Shown piece by piece: positions 45,660 through 55,959 of a stretch of 64,000 nt of DNA. Below the pieces are notes generated by a model that had not been told where the DNA came from, did no database searches, and worked only from the letters and a program-made list of their open reading frames with translations. Position numbers and translations under genes: made by a program. Position 1 is the first letter of the stretch. Every line of letters starts with the position of its first letter. This stretch comes from Candidatus Tagabacteria bacterium (GTDB lineage: Bacteria; Patescibacteriota; Minisyncoccia; GCA-002779875): positions 49,071-113,070 of the forward strand of contig CAWGAO010000007.1 in NCBI GenBank assembly GCA_963820595.1, given 5' to 3'.

Positions 45660-46352
45660 TCATTTTGCCCGGAGGATACGCTCCCAGCGGTTGCCGAAAA
45701 TCGCTTTACCGAGTCGAGACGCAGGCTTGTCACTATTATGATTGTTGTGGCGACTCTGTTCCCATTGGGCTTTGCTAATCAGTTTGGCTTTGGCCCGAGA
45801 GGAAATCGGCAATTTGTCCAAACTGTACGGTAAATTGCCACCGCCATTAGAATCCACTTCATTCGAACCCACTTCCTTTCTCGCCTGCGTTATGATGTCC
45901 GTCATTACTCTTTTCGACATCCGCGGCTGAAACTGGAACATCTTCCGGCAGAATTCGAGGACGTCTTCGGCAATTTTCGAATCATAACGATTGTCGAAGT
46001 AGTACGCGATTACCCCATCCATCCGCTCTCGCAGATAAATGGCAATAATCGGATTCGAGGATTCGAATTCTTCCATCGAGACCGACTCATCTGTCGCTCC
46101 GTAGACTATACGAAGCAAATTCTTAGCGGCCTTAAGCATTGCTTTGGGTTCCTGCCGCTTCTCCTCGCGTTCCTCTTGGTCTGCGATTCCTTCGGAACCG
46201 TCGCGATCGGGATAAATATCCTCCTCGCAAAGGTTCTCGAGGTCGACGTGCTTCCGTGCCGGATCATGAAGAGGAATTCCTGTGTCCATTTCCTCTACCT
46301 CTTCGCCGTCATGCACAAATGCCTCCGGAGGTACTGGGCTATCATTCCCCAC
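45660..46352 (-). CDS. hypothetical acidic protein in a locally GC-rich segment (start uncertain: GTG 46352 or ATG 46289)
   Basis: 230-aa ORF. GC is visibly higher than in the flanks, and no family is recognisable. Confidence 0.5.
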   Translation of the reverse strand: MGNDSPVPPEAFVHDGEEVEEMDTGIPLHDPARKHVDLENLCEEDIYPDRDGSEGIADQEEREEKRQEPKAMLKAAKNLLRIVYGATDESVSMEEFESSNPIIAIYLRERMDGVIAYYFDNRYDSKIAEDVLEFCRKMFQFQPRMSKRVMTDIITQARKEVGSNEVDSNGGGNLPYSLDKLPISSRAKAKLISKAQWEQSRHNNHNSDKPASRLGKAIFGNRWERILRAK

Positions 46353-46714
46353 GAGCTCACTGCACAGCGTCCGTGTCGGCTCACCGATAAATCCGCGACC
46401 CGTTCCTGGGTGAAGGAGTTTTTTAGGTTTTAGGTTTATCTTAATCCCTCCAACGCTTTCAAAATCATCATCCGTCTTTCTGTTCCTCTAAAGCTTTTTC
46501 CTGCATTTTCCATCTTCTTAGTCCTCCCTTTCTTTTTTTATTTTTGTTTCAAGGGGCTATATGATTTGCCCCGCTAGAAGTCTTGGCACAAGTCGAAATT
46601 CTGCCAAGGCCTCTAACGGGGATTTGCTTAAAATAAAGCCTAAATTCAACCCTTTTTCAATTCTGCCTCAATTATACACCTTACCGCTTTTTTTGTCAAT
46701 ACCGAGTTTTGGAG

Positions 46715-47880
46715 CTAAATTTTCCCGTCCTTTATTTTCTTTCTGATATTCTCTACGAAAGTATTGAAAAAGTAAAGATTATGGAAAGTAAGAAGTTTTA
46801 AGGCCGTAATTTCTTTGGCGCGGAAAAGATGAGCGATGTAATTTCGCCGGTAGTTTTGACAGACAAAACAGTCGCATTTTTTATCAAGCGGATTTTTGTC
46901 CGCGAGAAACTTAGATTTCGCCATATCAAGCTTGCCTGCCGAAGTAAAAGCGACGCCGTGCCGGGCATAGTGAGTCGGCACAATACAATCAAAAGTATCA
47001 ACGCCCTTTTTAATAACTTCGGGAATGTCTTCCAGATAGCCAATACCCAAAAGATGCCTCGGTTTTTTTTCCGGCAATTTCGGATTAACCCAGCCGAGCA
47101 TTTTAAGCATCGCTTTTCTGTCATCGCCCACGTCTCCTCCGATTCCGAAACCGTCGAACGGCAATTTGCCGATAAATTTCGCACTCTTCAATTCTTAAAT
47201 CTTTGAATTTTCCGCCCTGAATAATTCCATAAAGCGCCTGCCTACCGGCAGGCAGGCCTGTCTTTGTATTTTTCGCATCCAAACAAATTTTTGCCCAGCG
47301 ATGCGTTCTTTCCAGAGATTTTTTTACGTATTTATAATCGGCAACTGGCGGAGTGCATTCGTCAAAAGCAAACATTATATCCGCTCCCAAATCTTCCTGA
47401 ATTTTAATCGATTCTTTCGGCCCGATAAAAAATTGCTTGCCGTCGAGATAAGAAGTGAAAAAGCACCCTTGGTCGGTAATTTTTAACTGCTTGGGCTGAT
47501 GGCCGCATTTAACGACTATCCTGATGCTGCTGTTTGCCTTTTAAAGTTTTTTCTATCCCGTAATCTTTTCCGAAGCCCAAACTGAAAACCTGAAACCCGC
47601 CGGAGTCGGTCATAAGCGGTTTTTGCCAATTCATAAATTTATGAAGTCCGCCGGCCGATTTTATTATTTTTTCGCCCGGCTTCAGGTGTAAGTGATACGT
47701 ATTACAGATAAGAAGCTGGCACTTCGCGTTAAACGCTTCTTCGCTGGTCAGGGTTTTGACAACCGCTTGCGTCGCCACAGGCACCAAAGACGGCGTTTCT
47801 ATTATGCCGTGTTCCGTTTCTATAATTCCCAATCTCGCCTTGCTTTTTTTCGATTTTTTGAGAATTTTGAACTTAATCAT
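46715..47880 (-). pseudogene. tgt: queuine tRNA-ribosyltransferase broken by at least 2 frameshifts, with an in-frame CCTGCC palindrome
   Basis: Fragments: ...LMTDSGGFQVFSL; ...LGADIMFAFDECTP...YGIIQGG; ...FDGFGIGG...PRHLLGIGYLEDI...CDCFVCQNY. Junctions lie near 47510-47530 and 47190. Confidence 0.85.
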
Positions 47881-47909
47881 GAAAACGATAATAACATATT
47901 AAGCAGGCC

Positions 47910-48023
47910 TTGACCCCGTTAGAAATTCAGCCGAGCGCTATCGGCATAAAACCGATAGAAGCGAATTCGCCTATCGGCTTTCATTAGTAATAATACATAT
48001 TATGATGAAAATTTCTAACGGGG
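47910..48023. repeat. TTGAC + CCCCGTTAGAAATT ... AATTTCTAACGGGG inverted repeat (copy 2)
   Basis: Arms at 47914-47927 and 48010-48023. The first about 25 nt (CCCCGTTAGAA-TTCAGCC) are shared with the copy at 7708. Confidence 0.8.
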
Positions 48024-48052
48024 TTGACAAATTTTATCTATTTTGCTAGAAT
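48024..48052 (+). promoter_or_regulatory. near-consensus sigma70 promoter
   Basis: TTGACA, 17 nt, TAGAAT. It sits 36 nt upstream of the ATG at 48089, which is preceded by AAAGGAGA. Confidence 0.7.
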
Positions 48053-48088
48053 TGGAGAGGAAAATTCAGAGCCGAAAGGAGACCAAAA

Positions 48089-48337
48089 ATGAAGCTCTTT
48101 AAGAAAATTAAGGGTTGGATTCCGATAGCATTGCTGTGCAGTGCCGTTGCTTCTCTAATAGCACTCGGTCCAACAATGGAAAAAAATTTCAGCACCACCT
48201 GGATTGTCGTTCAAGTAGGAATAACCGTTATCGTTTTTGTTTCTGTTTTGATAACAGGTCCGATTTTGGACCGGAAGCTTGGAAAGCGCTTTCGGAAAGA
48301 ATTGGAAAAAAGATTGAAAGGAGGTTGGAAAGAATGA
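48089..48337 (+). CDS. small membrane protein (82 aa)
   Basis: Two TM helices, a good SD, and promoter 48024-48052 upstream. Confidence 0.65.
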   Translation: MKLFKKIKGWIPIALLCSAVASLIALGPTMEKNFSTTWIVVQVGITVIVFVSVLITGPILDRKLGKRFRKELEKRLKGGWKE

Positions 48338-48633
48338 AACCCATTATAAAAATAAAAAATCCGGTATTAAGGTGGTTGGCCGGGCTAGTGATTATCGCCG
48401 CAATGGTTGTAGTCACGGCAATGATTTGCTACGCAGTTGGAGAAGGTATCGTCAAAAAAATTCCTTTCTCATTTTTTCCTTTTAATATGTGCAGAGATAT
48501 TGCAAACACAGGGTGGCTCGGAGCTATTTTTTCCGGTCCCTTTTTATCATGCTACCTTTTTGTAGTTATAATGATAATATACGGCCTCATTGAAGGAATA
48601 AAAGGCCTGGGCGAAAAATTTTTCGACCCGTAA
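48334..48633 (+). CDS. small membrane protein (99 aa), ATGA-coupled to the preceding gene
   Basis: MKPIIKIKNPVLRWLAGLVIIAAMVVV... with GGAGG 9 nt upstream. The track's 48115 start is a frame artefact overlapping the preceding gene. Confidence 0.65.
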   Translation: MKPIIKIKNPVLRWLAGLVIIAAMVVVTAMICYAVGEGIVKKIPFSFFPFNMCRDIANTGWLGAIFSGPFLSCYLFVVIMIIYGLIEGIKGLGEKFFDP

Positions 48634-48645
48634 AAATTTCGGAAG

Positions 48646-48672
48646 GCGCGGAGAAATCCGCGCTTTTTATTT
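48646..48672 (+). terminator. intrinsic terminator (overlaps the uvrC stop)
   Basis: GCGCGGA-gaaa-TCCGCGC followed by TTTTTATTT. Confidence 0.8.
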
Positions 48673-49890
48673 TGCCGATAATTTACGCTGGCGACGGCTC
48701 GTTTTTAGGGCGAAACGATGCGCCTCTTCTCTTACTTTCAGGAGAACGCCTTTCTCGGTTTGAATCAGCTCTTTCAGCGAAGATTTTACTTTCGGCTGAA
48801 AGACTAATTTGTCGCCGCCGAATTTTGAAATGCCTACGATAGGAATGGATATGTTCAGTTTTTTAAAAGTTTTTGATATGAAAGATATCTGCGGTTTGCC
48901 GCCATCAATCATTATCAAGTCGGGATAATGCCATTCCGGATGGCGGAATCTGCGCGTTATCATTTCTTCCAACGCGCGCAAATCGTCGTTGGCCGGCGCC
49001 TCTTTGATATTGAACAAGCGATACTGGCTATTGTCGGCTTTGCCATCAATAAATACCACCATTGAACCGACGGTTTCTTTGCCCGTTAAATGAGAAATAT
49101 CATATCCCTCAATTCTGTTGAATTTAGCGGTTCCTTGCGATAAATCTTCCCGTGAAATCAAGGCAACGTCCTGTATGTGCTTCAAACTTTGAATCGCCAT
49201 CTGATTTTCGTTTTTCAGCTTTTTAAAAAGTTTCTTTTTTTCGCCTCTTAAAAATAAAATCAAGTTATCAATATTTTTTTGGTATTCTTCCTTACTGATT
49301 TTATTCACGCACGCGCCCGGACACAACCCGATTTGATAATCAAAACATGGCTTGCCGGAATTTTTTGCAGGCTTGCCTGCCGCTAGGCAGGTGCTGTACG
49401 GAAAAATTTTTCTGATGATGCGCAAGCCGTTTTTAATCGCGGACAAGCTCTGATAAGGCCCGAAAACTCTATCTTGAGGAAATTTTTCCAGCTCCCTTTG
49501 TCTTACTATAAACGGCCGGGGAAAACCTGCAGTGAGCGAAGTCGAACCGTCGGCTCTCGGGAACTTGTCCCGAGCTTGTCGAGGGATAACAATATAAATG
49601 AATGAGCGATTATCCTTTTCCTTAACGTTATATTTCGGCCAATATTTTTTAATGAGATTAGCTTCCAGAACAAGCGCTTCCAGCACGCTATCGGTTTTGT
49701 AATATTTTATTTTTACCGCCGAATCAATCATCTCCGCCAAACGCGGGTCCTGTTGTTTTTGAAAATAACTGATAACCCTCCTCCGCAAAGAAGTGGCTTT
49801 GCCGACATATAGCGGTTTTTTGTTTTTATTTAAAAATAAATAAACTCCCGGGCTTAGTGGTAATTTTTTAACTTGTTCCAATAAATTCAT
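48667..49890 (-). CDS. uvrC: excinuclease ABC subunit C, short form (GIY-YIG, Cys region and endonuclease domain; no C-terminal HhH)
   Basis: [24 protein letters not shown] (GIY-YIG), [14 protein letters not shown] and IEGYDISH. Two palindrome-encoded inserts are present. Confidence 0.88.
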   Translation of the reverse strand: MNLLEQVKKLPLSPGVYLFLNKNKKPLYVGKATSLRRRVISYFQKQQDPRLAEMIDSAVKIKYYKTDSVLEALVLEANLIKKYWPKYNVKEKDNRSFIYIVIPRQARDKFPRADGSTSLTAGFPRPFIVRQRELEKFPQDRVFGPYQSLSAIKNGLRIIRKIFPYSTCLAAGKPAKNSGKPCFDYQIGLCPGACVNKISKEEYQKNIDNLILFLRGEKKKLFKKLKNENQMAIQSLKHIQDVALISREDLSQGTAKFNRIEGYDISHLTGKETVGSMVVFIDGKADNSQYRLFNIKEAPANDDLRALEEMITRRFRHPEWHYPDLIMIDGGKPQISFISKTFKKLNISIPIVGISKFGGDKLVFQPKVKSSLKELIQTEKGVLLKVREEAHRFALKTSRRQRKLSAK

Positions 49891-52424
49891 AAATATTTCT
49901 TTAAATACGCACCTGTATAAGAATGTTTATTATGGGCCACGTCTTCGGGCGTGCCTTTGGCAACCACTTTGCCGCCTTTTTCTCCGCCTTCCGGCCCCAA
50001 ATCAATAACATAATCCGCGCATTTAATTACATGCATATTGTGCTCGATGATTATTACCGTATTTCCCTTCTCCACTAATTTATTCAAAACTTCAAGCAAG
50101 CATTTTAACGTCGTGATAGTGCAAACCTACAGTTGGCTCGTCCAGCAAATACAAAACCCGCTTTCCCAAAGGATGAGTCAACTCTCGGCCAAGTTTTACT
50201 CTCTGCGCTTCTCCGCCTGATAAAGTCGTGGCCGACTGTCCCAACTGCAAATATCCCAAACCGACTTCTTTCAAAACTTTCAGTTTATCGGCAATCGTGT
50301 AAATATCTTTGAAAAAATGTTAGCCGCTTCGTCTATGGTTAAATTCAAAACATCGCTGATGTTTTTCTTTTTGTAGTGCACCTGCAAGGTTTCGCGGTTG
50401 AATCTTTTGCCCTGGCAAACTTCGCATTTTACCAGAACCGGCGGCAGAAAATGCATTTCAATCAGATTAAATCCTGCGCCTTCGCACGCCTCGCACCTTC
50501 CGCCGCCTTTTGCGGACGACACGTTAAAAGAAAAACGCGAAGCTTTGTATCCCTTTTCCCGCGCTTCGGGAAGCTCGGCAAAAAAATCGCGAATCGGGGT
50601 AAAAATGCCGGTATAAGTGGCCGGGTTCGAGCGCGGAGTGCGGCCAATCGGCGACTGGTCAACGACAATCGCTTTATCAATATATTCAATGCCAAAAAGT
50701 TTTGATACTTTTTCAAGATTGCTTTCCATGCGCGCTTTTACTGTGGCCTATATTCGTATATAAAACATCATAAAGCAAACTTGATTTTCCGCTTCCGGAA
50801 ACGCCGGTCAAACAAATGAATTTCCGCAAAGGAATCGCCACATCAATATTTTTTAAATTATTGGCGCGGGCTCCGATAATTTTTATTTCTTCGGTTGTTT
50901 TTGTTCTCCGATATTTCGGCAAAGAAATTTCCAAATCTCCTTTGAGATATTTCAAAGTCAGGGAATTTTCGTATTTTGCGGCATGTTTCAAAAGTTCGTC
51001 TATCGGACCGTTGGCAACGACTTCCCCGCCATGCTTGCCCGCTAAAGGCCCTAAATCAAGCAAGATGGTCGGACGAACGGATTGTTTTTTCGTCGTGCTC
51101 GACGATGATAACCGTATTATTCTGGTCTCTCAAAGCCTTTAAAGTTTTTATCAGTCTGTCGCTGTCTCTTTCGTGAAGACCGATTGTCGGCTCGTCTAAA
51201 ACATAAAGGGTTCCGGATAATCCCGAGCCGATTTGCGAAGCCAAACGAATTCTTTGCGCTTCGCCGCCCGAGAGAGTTTCCGCTTCGCTGATTCAAAGTC
51301 AGATAATCAAGCCCCACTTCCAATAAAAATCCCAACCGATTTATTATTTCTTTCAAAAGATTTTCGGCAATGAGTTTATGGCGCGCATTCAATTTATCTT
51401 CATAGTTGGTAAAGAATTCGTAAGCGTCGTCGATTGTGAGTGAGCTTGCTTCCCAGATGTTTTTTTTGTTTATTCTCACCGAAAGGGCTTCGGGCTTTAA
51501 CCTTTTTCCTTCGCAGTCCGGACAAATCGTATCCAGAAACAAATCGATTTTTCCCAAACCGTGGCAGGTCGGGCAGGCGCCGTGCGGGCTGTTGAAAGAA
51601 AAAAGTCGGGGCTCCACTTCAGGAAACGCGAAATTATCGTCCGGACAGGTACGCAAGCATGAAAGCAAAAGTTCCACTGGTTCTGATGCATTTAGAGTGG
51701 TCTGCTTTAGAAAACAACTTTAACCAAGCCTTGACTGTAATGAATCGCATTTTCAACAGCCTCAAACAAACGGCTTTCGTCATCCAGCATCACTCTATCC
51801 ATCACGATATCAATGTCGTGTTCTTTATAACGCGGCATTGTTATTTTTTCATGAAGAGACTTCAGTTCGCCGTCAATTCGCGCCTGGCCGAATCCTTCCG
51901 ATAAGAAAATCGTATAAAAGCTGATAATATTCTCCTTTTCTGCCGCGGACCACGGGCGCAAGAACGAGCGCATGCTTTTCCTTTAATTCCCTGCCTCGGC
52001 CGATAATAATATCCACCATTTCTTCAATGGAAAGTTTTTCTATTTTGGTTCCGCAAACGGGACAAAAAACTTCGCCCAAGCGAGCGTATAAAACGCGCAG
52101 ATAATCGTAAATTTCCGTCAGAGTGCCGACGATGGAGCGCGGATTGTGGGATAAAGCGCGCTGGTCAATGGCGATTGCCGGCGAAAGGCCCGTGATTTCA
52201 TCAACGTCGGGCCGGTCCATCTGCCCCAAAAATTGCCGCGCGTAAGGCGACAAAGATTCGATGTATCGCCGCTGGCCTTCGGCAAAAATAGTGTCAAAAG
52301 CCAAAGACGATTTCCCGCTTCCGGAAACCCCGCTGAACACTATCAGCTTATTTTTCGGCAATTCCACAGAAATATTTTTGAGATTGTGTACTCTAGCTCC
52401 TTTTATTATTATTTTATCTTTCAT
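49887..52424 (-). pseudogene. uvrA: excinuclease ABC subunit A fragmented into at least 8 reading-frame pieces
   Basis: Track ORFs 51873-52424, 51707-51973, 51117-51677, 51056-51244, 50713-51063, 50280-50729, 50092-50274 and 49887-50099 give consecutive UvrA segments ([23 protein letters not shown] ... LSGGEAQR ... [11 protein letters not shown] ... [10 protein letters not shown] ... [11 protein letters not shown] ... [10 protein letters not shown]). Confidence 0.9.
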
Positions 52425-52815
52425 ATTTTTCAGATTACCTGCCCCGTACTAAAGCGAAGCTTTTAGTGCGAGGTGCACACGCGCGCCTTTGATTATAATT
52501 TTATCTGCCATAATTTTCTAAAATTTTAGAACGAAGTGAATAAAATTTTGTTGAAAATTTGAGCACCCCGCCCTTTTGATGCCATGGATAATCTCGCAAT
52601 GCGCGGGCGCCGAATCCCGCACTATACAAGCAAGTACGGGACAAGTAGTCGCACCCCCAAAAGAAACAGGATAAGAGCGACTTGCCCCGTAGTTCCGCCA
52701 AAGGCGGATACTTCGGGGAGCGCATTGCCATAATCATTCTTGATAAATTAAGTTTGTTCATAAATGGATATTTAATATTCTGCGTCAAAAGGGCTGGGGT
52801 TAGACATATTTTAAA
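52425..52815. repeat. composite nested-hairpin repeat region upstream of uvrA (copy B7)
   Basis: TTTGAGCA-CCCCGCCCTTTTGA ... TCAAAAGGGCTGGGG encloses GCGGGCGCCGAAT and GCCCCGTAGTTCCGCCAAAGGCGGATACTTCGGGG sub-modules. Confidence 0.8.
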
Positions 52816-52819
52816 ACTA

Positions 52820-52848
52820 TTGACAATATTTTATTTTTATGCTAAGCT
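52820..52848 (+). promoter_or_regulatory. possible sigma70 promoter
   Basis: TTGACA, 17 nt, TAAGCT. Confidence 0.5.
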
Positions 52849-52898
52849 GATAGATAACTTGAAAAATCAATAAAATCCAATATAAAAGGGGGTTTATT

Positions 52899-53171
52899 AT
52901 GAAAGTAGAATTTGTGGTAGATTTTGTACAAGCTGATGCATATGTTTTTACCTCAAAAATCTTTTCGATAAAGGAGTGCAAGGATATTCAACGAAGTAAT
53001 TAAGAAAATGGAAACGCACGGAAAAAATTAACCTATCTCTTAAATCAATATGCGGAAAAGGGATTAGAATTCATAAGTGCTGAAAATATTGGAGATAGAT
53101 CATTAGCCTCTTTTTTTATGGGTCCCAGTCTCTGGATGGGCAATCTCATCTTCCGCAAAATCCAAGATTGA
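52899..53171 (+). pseudogene. small gene (about 90 aa) broken into frames; DUF4177-like impression only
   Basis: AAAAGGGGG SD, then MKVEFVVDFVQADAYVFTSKIFSIKECKDIQRSN*. Another frame then reads ...RKKLTYLLNQYAEKGLEFISAENIGDRS...GNLIFRKIQD*. Confidence 0.35.
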
Positions 53172-53181
53172 TTTTCAATCT

Positions 53182-53224
53182 GTTTTATACCATCGGACTT
53201 CGGTTCGATGGTATTTTTATTTTT
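53182..53224. terminator. bidirectional intrinsic terminator
   Basis: TGTTTTAT-ACCATCG-gacttcggtt-CGATGGT-ATTTTTATTTTT. Confidence 0.75.
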
Positions 53225-55076
53225 CTAAATCCAATAAACTTTCGACCTTTTTAATTATCGATTTCGGCGTAATGCCGTGTTTTTTATTGTAAGCCGCCTG
53301 AAGCTTTCTTCTTCTCTCAACCTCCCCCATCGCTCTTTTTAACGAACCCGTTATGTTGTCGGCGTATAAAATTACCTTACCGTCCACATTGCGGGCGCAT
53401 CTTCCCATTGTCTGGATTAAAGAAGTATCGCTCCGCAAAAATCCTTCCCGGTCGGCGTCTAAAATCGCAACGAGAGTTACTTCGGGTAAATCCAATCCTT
53501 CGCGGAGCAAATTTACTCCAACCAAAACATCAAATTCGCCCTTTCTGAAATTCGTCAAAATTTCCGCCCTTTCCAAAGTTTTGGTTCCGGAATGCATCCA
53601 GTGCACTTTAAAACCGGCTTTATCCAAAAAATCGCTGAAATCCTCGGCCATCTTTTTCGTCAAAACATTTACTATCGCGCGTTCTTTTCTTTTCGCGATT
53701 CCTTTCAGTTCTTCAATCAAATCATCCACTTGGCTCCTGTTTGTTTTTTTATCGAAAACCGGCCGTATCTCTGTCGGCGGGTCAATCAACCCCGTGGGCC
53801 TGATAATTTGTTCCGCCACCTGCGACGAATGGTTTATTTCAAAATAGCTGGGCGTGGCGGAAGTAAAAATAACCTGGCCGGTCCGTTTTTCGAACTCATC
53901 GAATTTCAAAGGCCGGTTATCGAGAGCCGAAGGAAGACGCCAGCCGTATTGCACTAAAATATCTTTGCGCGCCCTGTCGCCTTGATACATGCCGCGAATT
54001 TGCGGCACGCTGATGTGCGATTCGTCTATAATCGTCAAAAAATCGGGTTTTCCGTTTTTCTGGGCCTGCCCTGAGCCTGTCGAATGGGGAAAATAAGAAA
54101 GAAGCGTGTCGGGCGGATCCCCCGCCAGCTTTCCCGCCAAATGACGCGAATAATTTTCAACGCCGTGGCAATAACCGATTGTTTTAAGCATTTCCATATC
54201 ATATTTGGTCCTGCGTCCCAGTCTCTCCGCTTCAAGATATAATTTTTTCTTTTCAAAAAACTTCAAGCGTTCTTTTAATTCCTTTTTGATTTCCTTAATC
54301 GCCTGCTCTCTTTGCGGTTCCGTTGAAATAAAATGTTTGGGCGGGAAAATAACGATTTCTTTCAATTTTTCCTTAACGTGGCGCGTGAGCGGATCGGCCA
54401 AAGCGATTTCTTTGATTTTCTGGTCTTCAAGTTCAATTCGAAGCACATTTTCTCCGGAAGCCGGCATGATTTCGAAAACGTCTCCGCGCAAACGAAAATA
54501 TCCGCGCTTCAATTCGCCGCTTGTTCTTATAAATTGCATCTTAATCAATTGCCGCAGAAGGTCTCCTCGGGTCATGAATTTTTCCGTTTCCAGATGCAAT
54601 GCACTGCCAAAATATTCCGTCGGCACACCGAGGTTGTAAATGCAGGAAACCGAAGCCACAATGATAACGTCCCTTCTAGAAAGCAAAGCGCTTGTCGCCC
54701 GATGCCTCAACCGGTCTATCTCGTCGTTTATCATCGCCTCTTTTTCAATGTAGGTATCAGTAATGGGCATATAAGCCTCGGGCTGATAATAATCGTAATA
54801 AGAAACGAAATAATTCACCGAATTTTCGGGAAAGAAATTTTTGTACTCGCGGTAAAGCTGGGCGGCCAAAGCTTTGTTCGGCGCAATGACCAAAACCGGC
54901 ATATCAAAACGGCTGATAACGTTCGCCACCGTAAAAGTTTTACCCGAGCCGGTAACGCCCAAAAGCGTCTGATATCTGTTATCGGCTTTTATGCCTTCGA
55001 CCAGCTTTTCAATCGCTTGTGGTTGATCTCCTGATGGCTGATAATTGGATTTTAATTTGAATATTCGTTTTGACAT
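53217..55076 (-). CDS. uvrB: excinuclease ABC subunit B (intact, no C-terminal UVR extension visible)
   Basis: [16 protein letters not shown], helicase motifs and the beta-hairpin region; 619 aa. The insert [14 protein letters not shown] lies before IIDESH. Confidence 0.95.
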   Translation of the reverse strand: MSKRIFKLKSNYQPSGDQPQAIEKLVEGIKADNRYQTLLGVTGSGKTFTVANVISRFDMPVLVIAPNKALAAQLYREYKNFFPENSVNYFVSYYDYYQPEAYMPITDTYIEKEAMINDEIDRLRHRATSALLSRRDVIIVASVSCIYNLGVPTEYFGSALHLETEKFMTRGDLLRQLIKMQFIRTSGELKRGYFRLRGDVFEIMPASGENVLRIELEDQKIKEIALADPLTRHVKEKLKEIVIFPPKHFISTEPQREQAIKEIKKELKERLKFFEKKKLYLEAERLGRRTKYDMEMLKTIGYCHGVENYSRHLAGKLAGDPPDTLLSYFPHSTGSGQAQKNGKPDFLTIIDESHISVPQIRGMYQGDRARKDILVQYGWRLPSALDNRPLKFDEFEKRTGQVIFTSATPSYFEINHSSQVAEQIIRPTGLIDPPTEIRPVFDKKTNRSQVDDLIEELKGIAKRKERAIVNVLTKKMAEDFSDFLDKAGFKVHWMHSGTKTLERAEILTNFRKGEFDVLVGVNLLREGLDLPEVTLVAILDADREGFLRSDTSLIQTMGRCARNVDGKVILYADNITGSLKRAMGEVERRRKLQAAYNKKHGITPKSIIKKVESLLDLEK

Positions 55077-55470
55077 AAAAATTTAAGGCTGGCCTGCCCC
55101 GTAGCTCCCGCCTTGGCGGGATGCTTCGGGGTCTCCGCTTGGTTTAAATAAAGAATGTAATTTAAACATATTTATTTGTCCCGACGCCGGCATGAAATGC
55201 CGGGTCGAGGATCCTCGATTTTATAACAAAATTACAATTTTGATAAAATCGGGAATTTCAGTTTAAAGATTGCCATATTGAATTATTTATTCGCACACCC
55301 CAGCACCAATTTTGCGAAGTATCACAAAGGCAGACTACTTCACTCAAAGCGGGATGCGCCTATTCGGCGCCCGCAGTCTGCAAAACAAACTCAAGTTTTA
55401 CTTTTATAAAAAGTCTTAAAATTATTCACGGCAAAATTGATGCGGGGTTCTCGTTTTTTACAAGCAAAAA
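55077..55470. repeat. composite palindromic repeat region upstream of uvrB
   Basis: GCCCCGTAGCTCCCGCCTTGGCGGGATGCTTCGGGG (compare 52690); CCCGACGCCGGCATgaaATGCCGGGTCGAGG; GGATGCGCCTATTCGGCGCCCGC (the reverse complement of the 13340 module); CACCCCAGCACCAATTTTG...CAAAATTGATGCGGGG. Confidence 0.8.
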
Positions 55471-55578
55471 ACGGAAAAACTGCCACTCCCGTGGCTGTAT
55501 ACCCCTATACATCTAATTGTATATCTACAATACCTTAAAATTTTAAATCTTGGCAAGCCCCCGGCCGGTAAAAACAAA

Positions 55579-55600
55579 GGCCCGCAGATGAACTGCGGGC
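55579..55600 (-). terminator. GGCCCGCAG hairpin (copy 1)
   Basis: Minus-strand GCCCGCAG-ttcat-CTGCGGGCC followed by TTTGTTTTT. Confidence 0.6.
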
Positions 55601-55934
55601 AGAAAATTTTCGGAGCTACTCTTACGAGCTAGTCTCCTTTTAGTTTGGGCTCGCCGCAGAGAGGCTATATATAAGTCGAGCTGACTAAATCCGTAAATAG
55701 GATTTATAGCGAATTACTTCGCCGCTCTGGTTAAAATCCTCCCCGGATCCTTTTGGAATCCTGGCCATAAGCCACCCCCTTTCTCTTTGGTTTTCGGTTC
55801 AATTAAAGAACCATCCATTAAACCAGTAACTAAACCAACTACTTGAATTGAGCTTTCAGTTTATCATAACGGCTAATATTGTCAAGCCCCTGTAATGTTT
55901 CTTATATAGAATAATTATTCCCTTAAAACAATTC

Positions 55935-55959
55935 GGCCCGCAGAGTTCGTCTACGGGCC
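55935..55959 (-). terminator. GGCCCGCAGA hairpin (copy 2)
   Basis: GGCCCGTAGA-cgaac-TCTGCGGGCC followed by GAATTGTTTT. Confidence 0.45.
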
